Of a stretch of 64,000 bases of DNA, positions 8,991 to 19,014 are shown piece by piece. This DNA is from Rubripirellula sp. (GTDB lineage Bacteria > Planctomycetota > Planctomycetia > Pirellulales > Pirellulaceae): positions 12,961 through 76,960 of the forward strand of contig JBAUHR010001023.1 in the NCBI GenBank assembly GCA_049680385.1, written 5' to 3'. The notes beneath the pieces were generated by a model. That model ran no database searches. It had not been told where the DNA came from and was given only the letters and a program-made list of their open reading frames with translations. Both the position numbers and the translations under genes were made by a program. Each line of letters starts with the position of its first letter. Positions within the stretch are counted from its first letter, which is position 1.

Positions 8991-11138
8991 ATGGCAAGAA
9001 GCAGTTCCGGCGTTTGGGGCATTGAGATCGGGCAAACGGCGCTCAAAGCGCTGCGTTGTTCGTTGGTCGATGGCGAGCCGGTTGCCGACGCGTTCGATTT
9101 TATCGAATACCCGAAAATCCTTAGCCAACCTGAAGCGGTGGCCGAGGAGTTGGTCGCTGATGCGCTCGAGCAGTTGTTGGAGCGAAACGACGCGATCAGC
9201 GAAAAGGTCTGCATCAGCGTGCCCGGTCAAAGCGGTCTGGCAAAGTTCTTCAAGCCACCGCCGGTCGAAGTCAAAAAAATCGCCGACATCGTTCGCTACG
9301 AAGCTCGCCAGCAGATTCCGTTTGACTTGGCTGACGTCGTTTGGGATTTCCAAATGATGCCTGGCAGCATGGTCGAAGAAGGCTACGCGCTTGAAAGCGA
9401 AGTCGGTTTGTTTGCGATGAAACGCGAGCAGGCTTACCGTCAAATGACCCCATTCGATGAAGCCAACATCGAAGTCGATCAGGTCCAACTCGCCCCGCTG
9501 GCGCTCTACAACATGTTGGCGTTCGATCGCATGCATGAACGAGTCGACGCAGGAGTGTTCGATTCGGACGATCCGCCACCATCGACGGTGTTGTTGTCGA
9601 TCGGCACCGATTCCAGTGATTTGATCGTCACCAACGGGTTTCGGATTTGGCAGCGCAGCATGCCCATCGGCGGTAACCACTTCACTCGCCAATTGACCAA
9701 AGACTTGAAGATGACGTTCGCCAAGGCGGAACATCTCAAGCGGAACGCTCGTGAAGCGGTCGACCCGAAACTGATTTTCCAAACGATGCGTCCGGTCTTC
9801 AATGATTTGGTCACCGAAGTCCAGCGTTCGATCGGATTCTTCCGCAGCATCGACAAGAAGGCGGACATCAAAGAACTGATCGTCACTGGCAACACGGTCA
9901 AGATGCCAGGTTTGGCAGCCTACCTTGGCAAGAACTTGGGCTTCGATGTTCATGTGCTCGACCGATTCAATCGGCTCGGTGGCGAGGACGTGCTGTCGAT
10001 CCCGACCTTTCGCGACAACATTCCAACGTTTGCGGTTTGTTATGGGCTTTGTCTGCAAGGGCTAGGCGTTTCGCAAATCCATGCATCGCTGGTGCCTCGC
10101 GAGATTCTGACCCAGCGAATGATCCGGGCCAAAAAGCCATGGACGCTGGCCGGTTTGGCGGCGCTGATGGTCGGTATGTCGGCGCACTATGTGTTGACGG
10201 AAAAGTCATGGGCGACCACTCACGATGACTTGTGGAAAGCTCCGCAAGCCGAAGTGACGCGAATGAAGGCCTATTCCGACGAACACCTCAGCGACGACGC
10301 CAACCTGAACAGCAAGCTGACGTACTTGAATGACATCGGCAAAGAGGTTTCCGGCGACAGCGAAGCTCGTTTGAAGTGGCTGGAAATCATGAAGGTCGTC
10401 AACGACGTGATTCCGCGTCCCGACTTTCCCGATGGAAAGATTCTGGGGCCCAAGGAATTGCCGTACTTGGATCGCAAGGACTTTCACGTCAAGCAATTCG
10501 AAACCAAGTACTACGAAGACCTGTCGTTGTGGTACACCGAAAAAGTGGCCCGTCGGTATCGCGATGAATATCGCAGTTGGGCTCGCATCACCGGCAATCC
10601 AGTGCCCGAGGACTTGAACGAAGATTTGGGGCCCACTGGTCCTGGGTGGGTGATCCAGTTGAACTGTTACCACTATTACAACAGCCCCGATCGCATCGGT
10701 TTCGAAGGCAGTAACCACGTCCGTAATTTGATGACGACGTCGTTCCTGAAGAGCAGCGTTGAGCTGCCCATCGGTACCGACGCGAATGGCAAGCGGATCA
10801 TGGAAACTTTCACGTTGCCCGAAATGGGGCTGACGTATCCGCTGCTGTTGGATGACAACAAGGATCAACTGGTTTCGATCGTTAACCCTGACTACGACGC
10901 CGAAGCCATCATGGCCGAACAAATGAAGTTGGCCGCCAATGGCGAAGCACCAACGCCTGCTTCGGAGTTGGAAACACCGATGTTGCAGGTGCGAAAACTA
11001 GACTTCATCTATCAGGTCGTTTGGCAGGAAAAAATTCTTTCCGAGCGATTGGAAGCCAAAGAAGCGGCCCGACTGTTAGCCGAAGAAGAAGCCGCAGCAA
11101 CGGCCGCCGCGGAAGAGTCTGCGGTCATCGAAGAGTGA
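8991..11138 (+). CDS. pilM: Type IV pilus assembly protein PilM (actin-like) with C-terminal TM + periplasmic extension (PilM-PilN-like fusion)
   Basis: WGIEIGQTALKAL, VRYEARQQIPF, IGGNHFT, EVQRSIGFF and CYGLCLQ, then SLVPREI, a TM helix and a ~300-aa extension. Confidence 0.88.
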   Translation: MARSSSGVWGIEIGQTALKALRCSLVDGEPVADAFDFIEYPKILSQPEAVAEELVADALEQLLERNDAISEKVCISVPGQSGLAKFFKPPPVEVKKIADIVRYEARQQIPFDLADVVWDFQMMPGSMVEEGYALESEVGLFAMKREQAYRQMTPFDEANIEVDQVQLAPLALYNMLAFDRMHERVDAGVFDSDDPPPSTVLLSIGTDSSDLIVTNGFRIWQRSMPIGGNHFTRQLTKDLKMTFAKAEHLKRNAREAVDPKLIFQTMRPVFNDLVTEVQRSIGFFRSIDKKADIKELIVTGNTVKMPGLAAYLGKNLGFDVHVLDRFNRLGGEDVLSIPTFRDNIPTFAVCYGLCLQGLGVSQIHASLVPREILTQRMIRAKKPWTLAGLAALMVGMSAHYVLTEKSWATTHDDLWKAPQAEVTRMKAYSDEHLSDDANLNSKLTYLNDIGKEVSGDSEARLKWLEIMKVVNDVIPRPDFPDGKILGPKELPYLDRKDFHVKQFETKYYEDLSLWYTEKVARRYRDEYRSWARITGNPVPEDLNEDLGPTGPGWVIQLNCYHYYNSPDRIGFEGSNHVRNLMTTSFLKSSVELPIGTDANGKRIMETFTLPEMGLTYPLLLDDNKDQLVSIVNPDYDAEAIMAEQMKLAANGEAPTPASELETPMLQVRKLDFIYQVVWQEKILSERLEAKEAARLLAEEEAAATAAAEESAVIEE

Positions 11139-11270
11139 CGAAGAGTGACGAAGAGTACCCCCAAAACAATACCCAGCGACAACCTTCAGCGATCGGTTTG
11201 AACGATCGTGTTTGGTTTTTAGTGACTTCCACCACCACCGCTTGCTTCTCTTATCGGATCGGCCTTTGCC

Positions 11271-13010
11271 ATGGACAAAATCAAAGAACAACTTGCCGTT
11301 GCAATGAAGTACGGCTTTTGGATCGGGTCTGCAGTGGTGTTCCTTGGATCACTTGGGGTCTGGTTCATGACAACTTCAAAACTGTCAGACGAAAATGCCA
11401 GTCAGACGTCAAAGATCAATCAAGCCATTTCGACGGTAAGTTCCGTGGAAGGCGAACTTTCGACGCATCCAAATGCGATCTCGCACGAGAAAATGGAAGC
11501 GCTGATTGAAAAACGTCAGCAGGAAGTGCTGGAGTCGTGGAAGACACTTTATGATCGGCAACGCGACATTCTGACTTGGCCAGAAGAAGAGCTGACCAAG
11601 AACTTTGTTGACGAATTTCGCGACCTGATTCCGATCGAAGTGTTCGTCGAATTTCCAACGCTTGAAAGTGATGAAAAAGAAATCACGTTGTTGGCGACCT
11701 ATCAGCGTTACATCAAGAAGTCGTTGCCGGGTATCGCCGAAATTGCCAAAGCCGAGTGGACTGCCGAATTCGAGTCGGCCGGTGGCGGGGGCATGGGAAT
11801 GGATATGGGAATGGGGATGGGAATGGACATGGGGATGGAAATGGGCATGGGAATGGGCCCTATGGCATCCGTTGGCATCACGGGGGCCGTCGAAGGTCCG
11901 CTCGTGAAGTGGCCGCAGGCTAGCCAAAGTAGTCTGCTGTCGGACTTGTTCCCGTGGCGCGGGTCGTTGCCTTCGACGCTAGAGGTCTATTACTCGCAAG
12001 AGAACCTGTGGGTACTGAAGCAGTTGTTGCAGATCGTCGCCAAGGTCAACGGTGACGCAACTCAACCCTACCAAGCCCAGATCCACGAAATTTCTAAGAT
12101 CGCCATTGGTCGTTCGGTCAAAGCGGGTGCCGGGACGATCTCCAAGCCGGGCGCGAATGCGAGTATGGGCATGGGGATGGGCATGGGAATGGATGACATG
12201 GGCATGGATGACATGGACATGATGGGGATGGAAATGGGGATGGAAATGGGCATGGGGATGGGCATGGAAATGGAAGGTGATGGCGTCGACCCTGCTGAGA
12301 ATCGCTATGTCGATGTCGCAGGCGAAAAAATTGATGCGGCATCACTGCGATCGGCTTTGACCACCGATCGGCCCGACAATGTCGCGCTTGCTGTTGCCAA
12401 GCGTGTCCCGGTGATGATGTCTTTGAAAATGAATCAGCGAGCCGTGCCCGAATTACTTGCCGTCTGCGGCAGCGTTCCATTGATGGTCCACGTCAACCAG
12501 GTTCGGATTCTGCCGGCAAACGCTTCGGCAACGAGCGGCGGTGGTGGAATGGAAGAAATGGGAATGGGCATGGATTCAGGCATGGGCATGGAGATGGGCA
12601 TGGATTCAGGAATGGGCATGGGGATGGGAATGGGCGGCATGGGGGGCGGAGCTCCGACTGCTCCTGTGGCTGAGTTTCCCTTGGACATGACTGTCGAAAT
12701 CTATGGGCTGATCTTTATTTACAATCCGCCGGATCCCGCAAAGCTGGCCCTCGATCAAGTCAATAAAGACAACGTCGATGAACTGATTGATGCCGCAACC
12801 GGAGTTCCAGCGGGCGCAGACGCCAATGGCGAGCTGCCCGTACCACAAGCAGATGGCGATGCCGATGGAGCTGATCCGGAAGTGTCCGCCGCACCGGTCA
12901 CGCCGGCCACCGATGTTCCCGAACCATCGCCTGCCGCGCCGACACCGGCTGCTCCGGTACCAACGGACCCGGCTGCTGGCGCGGCTCCGCCGGCGGCGGC
13001 CAGCCCGTAA
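11271..13010 (+). CDS. Membrane-anchored protein of the pilM operon with Met/Gly-rich repeats (putative PilO-like alignment subunit)
   Basis: N-terminal TM, three (MG/MD/ME)n tracts and an Ala/Pro-rich C-tail; directly downstream of pilM. Confidence 0.7.
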   Translation: MDKIKEQLAVAMKYGFWIGSAVVFLGSLGVWFMTTSKLSDENASQTSKINQAISTVSSVEGELSTHPNAISHEKMEALIEKRQQEVLESWKTLYDRQRDILTWPEEELTKNFVDEFRDLIPIEVFVEFPTLESDEKEITLLATYQRYIKKSLPGIAEIAKAEWTAEFESAGGGGMGMDMGMGMGMDMGMEMGMGMGPMASVGITGAVEGPLVKWPQASQSSLLSDLFPWRGSLPSTLEVYYSQENLWVLKQLLQIVAKVNGDATQPYQAQIHEISKIAIGRSVKAGAGTISKPGANASMGMGMGMGMDDMGMDDMDMMGMEMGMEMGMGMGMEMEGDGVDPAENRYVDVAGEKIDAASLRSALTTDRPDNVALAVAKRVPVMMSLKMNQRAVPELLAVCGSVPLMVHVNQVRILPANASATSGGGGMEEMGMGMDSGMGMEMGMDSGMGMGMGMGGMGGGAPTAPVAEFPLDMTVEIYGLIFIYNPPDPAKLALDQVNKDNVDELIDAATGVPAGADANGELPVPQADGDADGADPEVSAAPVTPATDVPEPSPAAPTPAAPVPTDPAAGAAPPAAASP

Positions 13011-13134
13011 CACAGACTTTTTAAGAGCTTTACCTGCGTCTTTGTCCAGACAACGATGCGGGACACGACCAGGCCGGCAACCGGCCAAGTCGGCAAGAAA
13101 CGCAACGTCCATCCTTTTCACGCAGGTAGTCGCT

Positions 13135-15162
13135 ATGGATACCGACAAGATCAAGCAGTTCTTCATTTTGCACTTCGAGAAAATGATTCTCGGATTGGTC
13201 GTGCTCGTGTCTGTGTTTCTTGTTTACAGCGGGCTGCAATTGCCAGACTTTTTGCAGTCGCAGCAACCCGACAAGCTGACCTCGAAAGCATCGCAGGTCA
13301 AATTGGCGATCGATGACGATCACAGCGAAGCGTTCATCGAAGAACGCGTTCCGACTTACGATATCATTGCCGCGACCGAACGGCTCTACACGCCTGTTGA
13401 TGAAGCCGCCTATAAGCTGCGTCACCCATGGGAGGCTCAGAACGAGCAGTCGGTGGTGCGTCGCCAAGATCCTGTGCTGCCCGCTCCGCTAGATCTGCGG
13501 ACTCATGGTGTGGCGACTTCGATCGCCGTTAAAGGTTCCAAGCTCGACCCCTTGGACTACCCGTTCGCTTCGTTGGAACCGGCCGATGCCGTCGAAAAAG
13601 TCGAAGCTCCTGCGCCGCGTCGGGCTCGTCGGTCACGTCGAGGCATGGACGAGATGGACATGATGGGGATGGATGGCATGGACATGGAAGGGATGGACAT
13701 GGGCTACGGGATGGACATGGGCATGATGGGGATGGAAATGGAAATGGGCATGGAAGGTGCCACGGGACCGACCCGCAAATTGAAACCCGAATTCGACTTT
13801 GGTCACCGCCCTGTCATGGGCGAGGACAAGCGAAATCCCAAGCCTTCGATTGGTTGGTTTATCGCTGGCACGGCTTTGTTACCGCACCGCGAAATCTACG
13901 AAGCTTACGAAATGGCTTTGAAGGATGCCGATGCTTACGATCCACGTCGTGACACGCCGCTGTATTTCAATTTCGAAGTTGAACGTGCCGACGTCACGAG
14001 CAAGCCAATCGAACAACTGGTTGATGCTGACTGGACGCGGGTTTGGCACTTGAAACGCTACGCTGAATTGGCCGATGGTTTTTGGGTTGGTTACGCGCCC
14101 GAAATTGTCAACCAAGACTACCGCGAAGAACAATTGACCGTGTGGATTCCACCGGTGTTGTTGGACGACTATCGACCGTGGTCAATCCATCCTCGCATCC
14201 CAATGTTGTCTCAAGCCGAAATCACTCAGCAAGAGTTGATTGATAAACAGGCTGTCGAAGACGCGAAGGATCACGACTTCGTTTTTGACAAAGACAACAA
14301 CATCGAATTGGCCGGTCCCGGCGCCAGTGGAGGCGGTGGGATGGATTACGGTGGGATGGACGATATGGGATATGGGATGGATGGAATGGACATGATGTCC
14401 GGCGGTGGCATGATGATGATGGGCCGCGGCAAAGTCGAAGCTGATCCCGTCGAGCACAAGCTGATGCGGTTCTATGACTTTGCTGGGAATAGCTTTTTCG
14501 AGAACGCTCCCGTTTATGGGCACACGTACGTTTACCGAATGCGGTACGCCGTCGTTGACCCAAATTTCCCTGCCAGCCAAATGATGCAGCCGAAGACCAG
14601 TTCGTTGGCGCCCGAAGTCGCGCAGCGAGTTTTGGGCAAGATGAACGATGCGGTCAAGCAAAAGAAACGTGACTTCCAACGTTGGAGCGAATGGAGTGCG
14701 CCGTCCGAGCCCGCATCGTTGCCGACCTTGGAAAGCTATGTGGTGGGCCCTGTTGAATCGGGAGCCGTGTCGACTTGGGCCGTTGCCGGTCGACCGGTCG
14801 AGTACCAACGTGACGCACCCAAAGCCAAAGTTGCGGCAACGCAGTTGATTCCCAAATACGGTGTCAAGGTTCCGATGGAAGTCGAAGTCTTCAAGGGTGG
14901 CGTGTTGAGTCAAAAGGCCGAATTTGCCGATGCCGTTGACCCGATCACTTTGGAGATCAAAAAGCTGCCAGACCCGGAATTCGTCAGCTCATCAACAGTC
15001 GTCGATCTTGATGGCGGGCGACCGCTGAAAATTGTTGATGAATTGACCGAGCCGGGAATGATCTTGATGTTTGATCAGTCCGGTCAACTTCAAATCCGAG
15101 ATGAAATCGATGACCTGGAACTCTATCGCATTGATACGTTTGCCGAAGAAAAGGGTCTGTAG
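13135..15162 (+). CDS. Membrane-anchored protein of the pilM operon with Met/Gly-rich repeats
   Basis: Start MDTDKIKQFFILHFEK followed by a TM. The longer start at 12787 would overlap the previous gene. Two Met-rich tracts; YVYRMRYAVVDPNF and WSEWSAPS are FN3-like motifs. Confidence 0.7.
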   Translation: MDTDKIKQFFILHFEKMILGLVVLVSVFLVYSGLQLPDFLQSQQPDKLTSKASQVKLAIDDDHSEAFIEERVPTYDIIAATERLYTPVDEAAYKLRHPWEAQNEQSVVRRQDPVLPAPLDLRTHGVATSIAVKGSKLDPLDYPFASLEPADAVEKVEAPAPRRARRSRRGMDEMDMMGMDGMDMEGMDMGYGMDMGMMGMEMEMGMEGATGPTRKLKPEFDFGHRPVMGEDKRNPKPSIGWFIAGTALLPHREIYEAYEMALKDADAYDPRRDTPLYFNFEVERADVTSKPIEQLVDADWTRVWHLKRYAELADGFWVGYAPEIVNQDYREEQLTVWIPPVLLDDYRPWSIHPRIPMLSQAEITQQELIDKQAVEDAKDHDFVFDKDNNIELAGPGASGGGGMDYGGMDDMGYGMDGMDMMSGGGMMMMGRGKVEADPVEHKLMRFYDFAGNSFFENAPVYGHTYVYRMRYAVVDPNFPASQMMQPKTSSLAPEVAQRVLGKMNDAVKQKKRDFQRWSEWSAPSEPASLPTLESYVVGPVESGAVSTWAVAGRPVEYQRDAPKAKVAATQLIPKYGVKVPMEVEVFKGGVLSQKAEFADAVDPITLEIKKLPDPEFVSSSTVVDLDGGRPLKIVDELTEPGMILMFDQSGQLQIRDEIDDLELYRIDTFAEEKGL

Positions 15163-15205
15163 TCCTTGCATTAGAACGGCTAGTTGCTTGCGAACACTGG
15201 CAGCA

Positions 15206-15242
15206 GAATCCGCACGACCGCTAAGGAGGCCGTGCGGTTTCT
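15206..15242 (+). terminator. Probable intrinsic terminator of the pilM operon
   Basis: Stem ccgcacg (15210-15216) / cgtgcgg (15231-15237) followed by tttct, about 45 nt after the stop codon. Confidence 0.5.
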
Positions 15243-15310
15243 AAGTTGTGGTTTCATAACCGATTAGTTCGCACTCTCTCTGGGCGGACGCCATAGCGAA
15301 TTCTACAGCC

Positions 15311-15387
15311 GAGCCGGCGGTGCTAGCTGCGGTTGTTGGGTGCGTCGCGCTCGCGACCCCAGTATCTGCGGCTTGCGCCGTCGGCTC
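15311..15387. repeat. REP/MITE-like long imperfect palindrome
   Basis: 22-bp arms gagccggcggtgctagctgcgg / ctgcggcttgcgccgtcggctc, with inner stem gtcgcg/cgcgac. Confidence 0.6.
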
Positions 15388-15604
15388 AGAAGGCCGTGTT
15401 TCCCCTGGTTTAGAACTCCGCTACCGCGTCCGACCCTCCCGCACGACCATCGTTGATGCGCTGGTGCGGTGTGCTTGGGGTTTCCGACGTTGTCCGCACC
15501 TATGTTTGTCATGTGGTTTGCCGGATTTGTGCGAGCACGCAGTGGCGACGTGGGGGCTCTGTGGCTGTTTTGTTTGACGCGGTTTTCGGTTCGGGTTAGC
15601 GCAC

Positions 15605-15645
15605 AAAAAAGCGAGCCGCCTGATGCAGGTGGCTCGCTTGATTTG
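15605..15645 (-). terminator. Intrinsic terminator of the thioredoxin-like gene (possibly bidirectional)
   Basis: 14-bp stem aagcgagccgcctg / caggtggctcgctt; A6 run on + (U6 tail on -), about 30 nt after the stop at 15673. Confidence 0.75.
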
Positions 15646-15672
15646 TGTTTCTCGGTAGTCTGCGATGACTGA

Positions 15673-16065
15673 TTAGCCGCCGAGGGCGTTGCGAATCAGC
15701 GAACGGACTGGCTGCTTCGGTTGGTAGCCTAGCAGCTTGCGACGCTGCCAGCGGCCGTGCTCGCGAGTGAAGACGATGATCTGAGGCAGCATCTTGTCGC
15801 CACCGGTCAATTGCTTGACCAATTCAGGTTCATCGTCCTTGTTGATGACGGTCAAGCTGACCGAATCAAGTTCGCCGGTCTGGGCCATTTGCTTGATCGT
15901 TGTGTCTTTTAGCACGTTACAAGCCGGGCACCATGGCGCGCCGACGACAACCATCAAAGGCTTCTGTTGATCTACCGATTCCTTGTAGGCTTCGGCGTAC
16001 TTCTGATCCATCTGCTGTTCGCTAGTAACGCTGGCAAGCGTGATCGCCAAAAGTAACAAAACCAT
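15673..16065 (-). CDS. Exported thioredoxin-family protein
   Basis: Hydrophobic N-terminus MVLLLLAITLA, KPLMVVVGAPWCPAC and cis-Pro motif MLPQ. Confidence 0.85.
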   Translation of the reverse strand: MVLLLLAITLASVTSEQQMDQKYAEAYKESVDQQKPLMVVVGAPWCPACNVLKDTTIKQMAQTGELDSVSLTVINKDDEPELVKQLTGGDKMLPQIIVFTREHGRWQRRKLLGYQPKQPVRSLIRNALGG

Positions 16066-16665
16066 AGAGTTTTCCTTGGGTGATGCAGTGCGAAAACATT
16101 TTGATATTCGTTGGCTATGTTTGCCGTTTTCGAATTTCAAAACCTTTGCGAAGGTTCTTGATTCAACTTCCCCGCACTTGTTTGCACTACGAGAACTACA
16201 GAAAGTTTGACAAGAGAACCCATTCGGTCGGCTTGTTTGGTCGTCCAATACGCCGGACTACCCACTACTTCGCCAATCGATCGAGTCTTTCCTGGGCCGT
16301 TTGACCTTGAGGCTTGCGTAAGCTTTGCGGGTCTTGGTGATCGGGCAGGATTGAGCGGAGTATATGAGGCTGGAAACGAGTCACAAGGGCTACGCAACAC
16401 TTTTGCAGAAATTGATCTTGACGCAGGTCAGTATTTTCTAGCCGCCGTTTAAGCCATATTTATTGAGAACTCCTTAACTACCAACCGGCAAACGAGTTGG
16501 GGCGTGCCAATTCGCGTGCGTCATATTGCCACGCCCTTCCGGTGACGGGCAGCGGATCGATGGATTTTTTTCTGTCTGGCAACGCGAAAAGCGAAATTGA
16601 GTCACAATGCCCGCAGCGAGCGTTTGATTTTTGGACTCGTTTTCATTCATTTCGGCACAGACGCC

Positions 16666-17673
16666 ATGAAATTGCGAATTGGATTGATCGGCCACGGTGA
16701 TGCCTGGCAAACCCGGCATCGCCCAGCATTACGCGTGCTGCATGATCGTTTCGACGTTCGTGCCGTCTTCAGCACGGTTGCAAAGTTGGCCGAAAATGTC
16801 GCTGGCGAGTTTCAGGCCGATGTGGTTGATGGCTACCGGGCACTGGTTTCGCGATGCGACATCGATGCGGTCATTGTGCTGCAGCGAAACTGGCTCGGTT
16901 GGTTGCCAGTGATTGCAGCATGCGAAGCCGGTAAAGCGGTGTATTGGGCGGGCGACTTGGATTTCGATTCGGTTGGCGATACCGAAGTTCGATCAATCGT
17001 CGAACAGTCTGGTGTTTCGTTCATGGTCGAGTTCCCGCGCCGATTCGCGCCTGCGACGCTACGGGTCAAGGAACTGATTGCGACTCGGTTGGGTGCGCCG
17101 AAATTGATATTCTGTCACCGTCGGCTACAGGCGTCCGGCGATGGGGCTGGATCCGGCGATCCCGATCCGGCTCGCCGCGAACTTGTCGAACTGATTGACT
17201 GGTGTCGGTATGTAGTAGGCCGCGAGCCCGAGAGCGTTTCGTCTGTCGAGCATCAATCGCAAAGCGCGGCCGACAAGCCGGTGGAGTCAAACTATCGATG
17301 CATGAGTTTGGCGTTTCCGGCGACCGAAACACAGCCAAGCGTGACGGCGCAGATTAGTTGTGGCAGTTACATCCGGTCGACGTGGCACGAGGCCGCCGGG
17401 TTCCGGCCGCCATCGGCAATGCAGATCTGTTGCGAGCGTGGCGTTGCGTTCCTTGATTTGCCAACCACTTTGGTTTGGTTCGATGATGCTGGACGGAACA
17501 TGGAAACGCTTGATACCGAGTCGCCGGTCGGCGAGAAACTGTTGTCACAGTTTCACCGCAGCGTCACCAGTTTGCTTCGGAACATGAGTGACCTCGACGA
17601 CGCCTATCGCGCGGTGTCCATTTTTGAAGCTGCTCGGCAAAGTGAAGCCGAAGGTCGCCGGATTCGAGTCTAG
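16666..17673 (+). CDS. Gfo/Idh/MocA family oxidoreductase-like protein
   Basis: KLRIGLIGHG Rossmann start, DIDAVIV, ACEAGKAV and RRFAP; the canonical EKP motif is absent. Confidence 0.8.
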   Translation: MKLRIGLIGHGDAWQTRHRPALRVLHDRFDVRAVFSTVAKLAENVAGEFQADVVDGYRALVSRCDIDAVIVLQRNWLGWLPVIAACEAGKAVYWAGDLDFDSVGDTEVRSIVEQSGVSFMVEFPRRFAPATLRVKELIATRLGAPKLIFCHRRLQASGDGAGSGDPDPARRELVELIDWCRYVVGREPESVSSVEHQSQSAADKPVESNYRCMSLAFPATETQPSVTAQISCGSYIRSTWHEAAGFRPPSAMQICCERGVAFLDLPTTLVWFDDAGRNMETLDTESPVGEKLLSQFHRSVTSLLRNMSDLDDAYRAVSIFEAARQSEAEGRRIRV

Positions 17674-17694
17674 CGTCTGCGATCGAATCGGCAG

Positions 17695-19014
17695 TCAACG
17701 CGGCGATTCGGTTCGTCGCCACGAACCATGCTCGAATTGCATCGGTGCCGGGTTGCACAGTTCCAGTGGCGGGTTTGTCACCAGTTCATCAAAGGCAAAA
17801 AAACTAATTTGCCCGCTGATCGTGATTGATCGAGCCATCGTCATTCCGGTGATGGGCAGATTATCGCCGCTTGCGGTTGGTTCGAAAACGGTATCGGAAC
17901 TTGAATAGATCAGTCCGCGGAATTCCGTCGGAAAGCGATCCGTCGTTGTATTGTTAGCCGAGTTTGAACGGTAGGGCGATGTGACCGGATTGAAGTTGAT
18001 CGCAAGTGTGTTTTCATTCAGCTCGTTTTCGATGGCTGTAAAACGCACTGGGGCATCAGTGACCAGAATCGCATCAGGAGTCATCGGGCACGTCCAAACG
18101 ATCGCTCCGCGAATCTCGATTTCCGTCGCGCCTTCGATCACAAGTGTGGCGTTGATTCGGCAATTCTGGATTACTAGTTTCTGCTGGTCCATTTGTACCG
18201 CATATCTGCCAGTTGGGCTGGGGGCGCCGAATGGATTCGCCGTGGGGCTAAGCAGTTTTTCGTCCAGGTATCGGGCGCCTGCACCTTGGCGTATTTCGGC
18301 GGCCGGGATTGTCGTGCTTGTCGATCTGTAAAGGGCAACTAGGTCGCGAGCCGGTACTTCCACATTGCTTTCGCCTTGGTCACCGCGAACCGCGATGGGA
18401 ACGTCGCCGCTGCATTCGAGTCGGGGAGCGACCAGGATGCCACTCGAGGCCGCGGTGCAGTTCCCGCCGACTTGAATTGGACGCTGGCTGCTGATGGCGC
18501 CGTCTTCGAAATTCAACTGGTCGGTTGCTGTCACTGCATACTTCAGGATTGATAGCGGCGCTGGGTCCCAAACGAGTTTTGAAGTGATGGCGTACTCGGC
18601 GAGCCCAACGCGAGCGTGCACCGTCAATTCAACATCATCGGTAAGGTCGTCATCGAGCATTCCATCAGCGTCGATGAATTGATGGCGAACTTGTTGGGAT
18701 AGCACCGTCGTGCCAGAGTTTCCGGCGGACCAGTTTCGCCATGGCGAATAATTGCCGTTGGCTAGCGACGTTCGCCATTGTGAGTTTGAACGCATCAAGG
18801 ACGCGACTCGGTGCATTTCGCTTTCGGCAATTCGCATCGCCCGGCTCTTGTTCGCGCGGTCCGATTCTCGTTGGATACTGGTCGTGCTTAATGTAATAGC
18901 GGTTGCGACCAAGGTCGTCACAAGCAGTGCCGTAAACAGAACTGCCACGTAGACGATGCCTTCGCGAAGTTGCTTCGAGTTGTCGCTAGCGGGATGGCGT
19001 CTCGATGAAGTCAC
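17695..19014 (-). CDS. PilX/GspK-like minor pilin (no Glu5)
   Basis: REG|IVYVAVLFTALLVTTL, then RAMRIAESEM; the GTG start overlaps the upstream TGA (GTGA, 19011-19014). Confidence 0.72.
   Translation of the reverse strand: MTSSRRHPASDNSKQLREGIVYVAVLFTALLVTTLVATAITLSTTSIQRESDRANKSRAMRIAESEMHRVASLMRSNSQWRTSLANGNYSPWRNWSAGNSGTTVLSQQVRHQFIDADGMLDDDLTDDVELTVHARVGLAEYAITSKLVWDPAPLSILKYAVTATDQLNFEDGAISSQRPIQVGGNCTAASSGILVAPRLECSGDVPIAVRGDQGESNVEVPARDLVALYRSTSTTIPAAEIRQGAGARYLDEKLLSPTANPFGAPSPTGRYAVQMDQQKLVIQNCRINATLVIEGATEIEIRGAIVWTCPMTPDAILVTDAPVRFTAIENELNENTLAINFNPVTSPYRSNSANNTTTDRFPTEFRGLIYSSSDTVFEPTASGDNLPITGMTMARSITISGQISFFAFDELVTNPPLELCNPAPMQFEHGSWRRTESPR

Noticed and set aside
8823..10058. 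411-aa antisense ORF opposite pilM
   Set aside because: Shadow of the PilM frame with no recognisable domain.
11130..11156. Direct repeat gaagagtgac x2 plus a partial copy at the pilM stop
   Set aside because: Too short; likely local slippage with no evident function.
11783..12640. ATGGGN tandem arrays as possible CRISPR or DNA satellite
   Set aside because: In-frame coding dipeptide repeats with no repeat-spacer structure and no cas genes.
12787..13134. N-terminal extension of the 791-aa ORF
   Set aside because: Overlaps the preceding gene and has an Arg-rich off-frame composition; ATG 13135 gives a normal TM N-terminus.
16066..16665. 600-bp AT-richer divergent intergenic region with short ORFs
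   Set aside because: The ORFs lack SD sites or motifs; probably promoter DNA, but no specific element could be supported.
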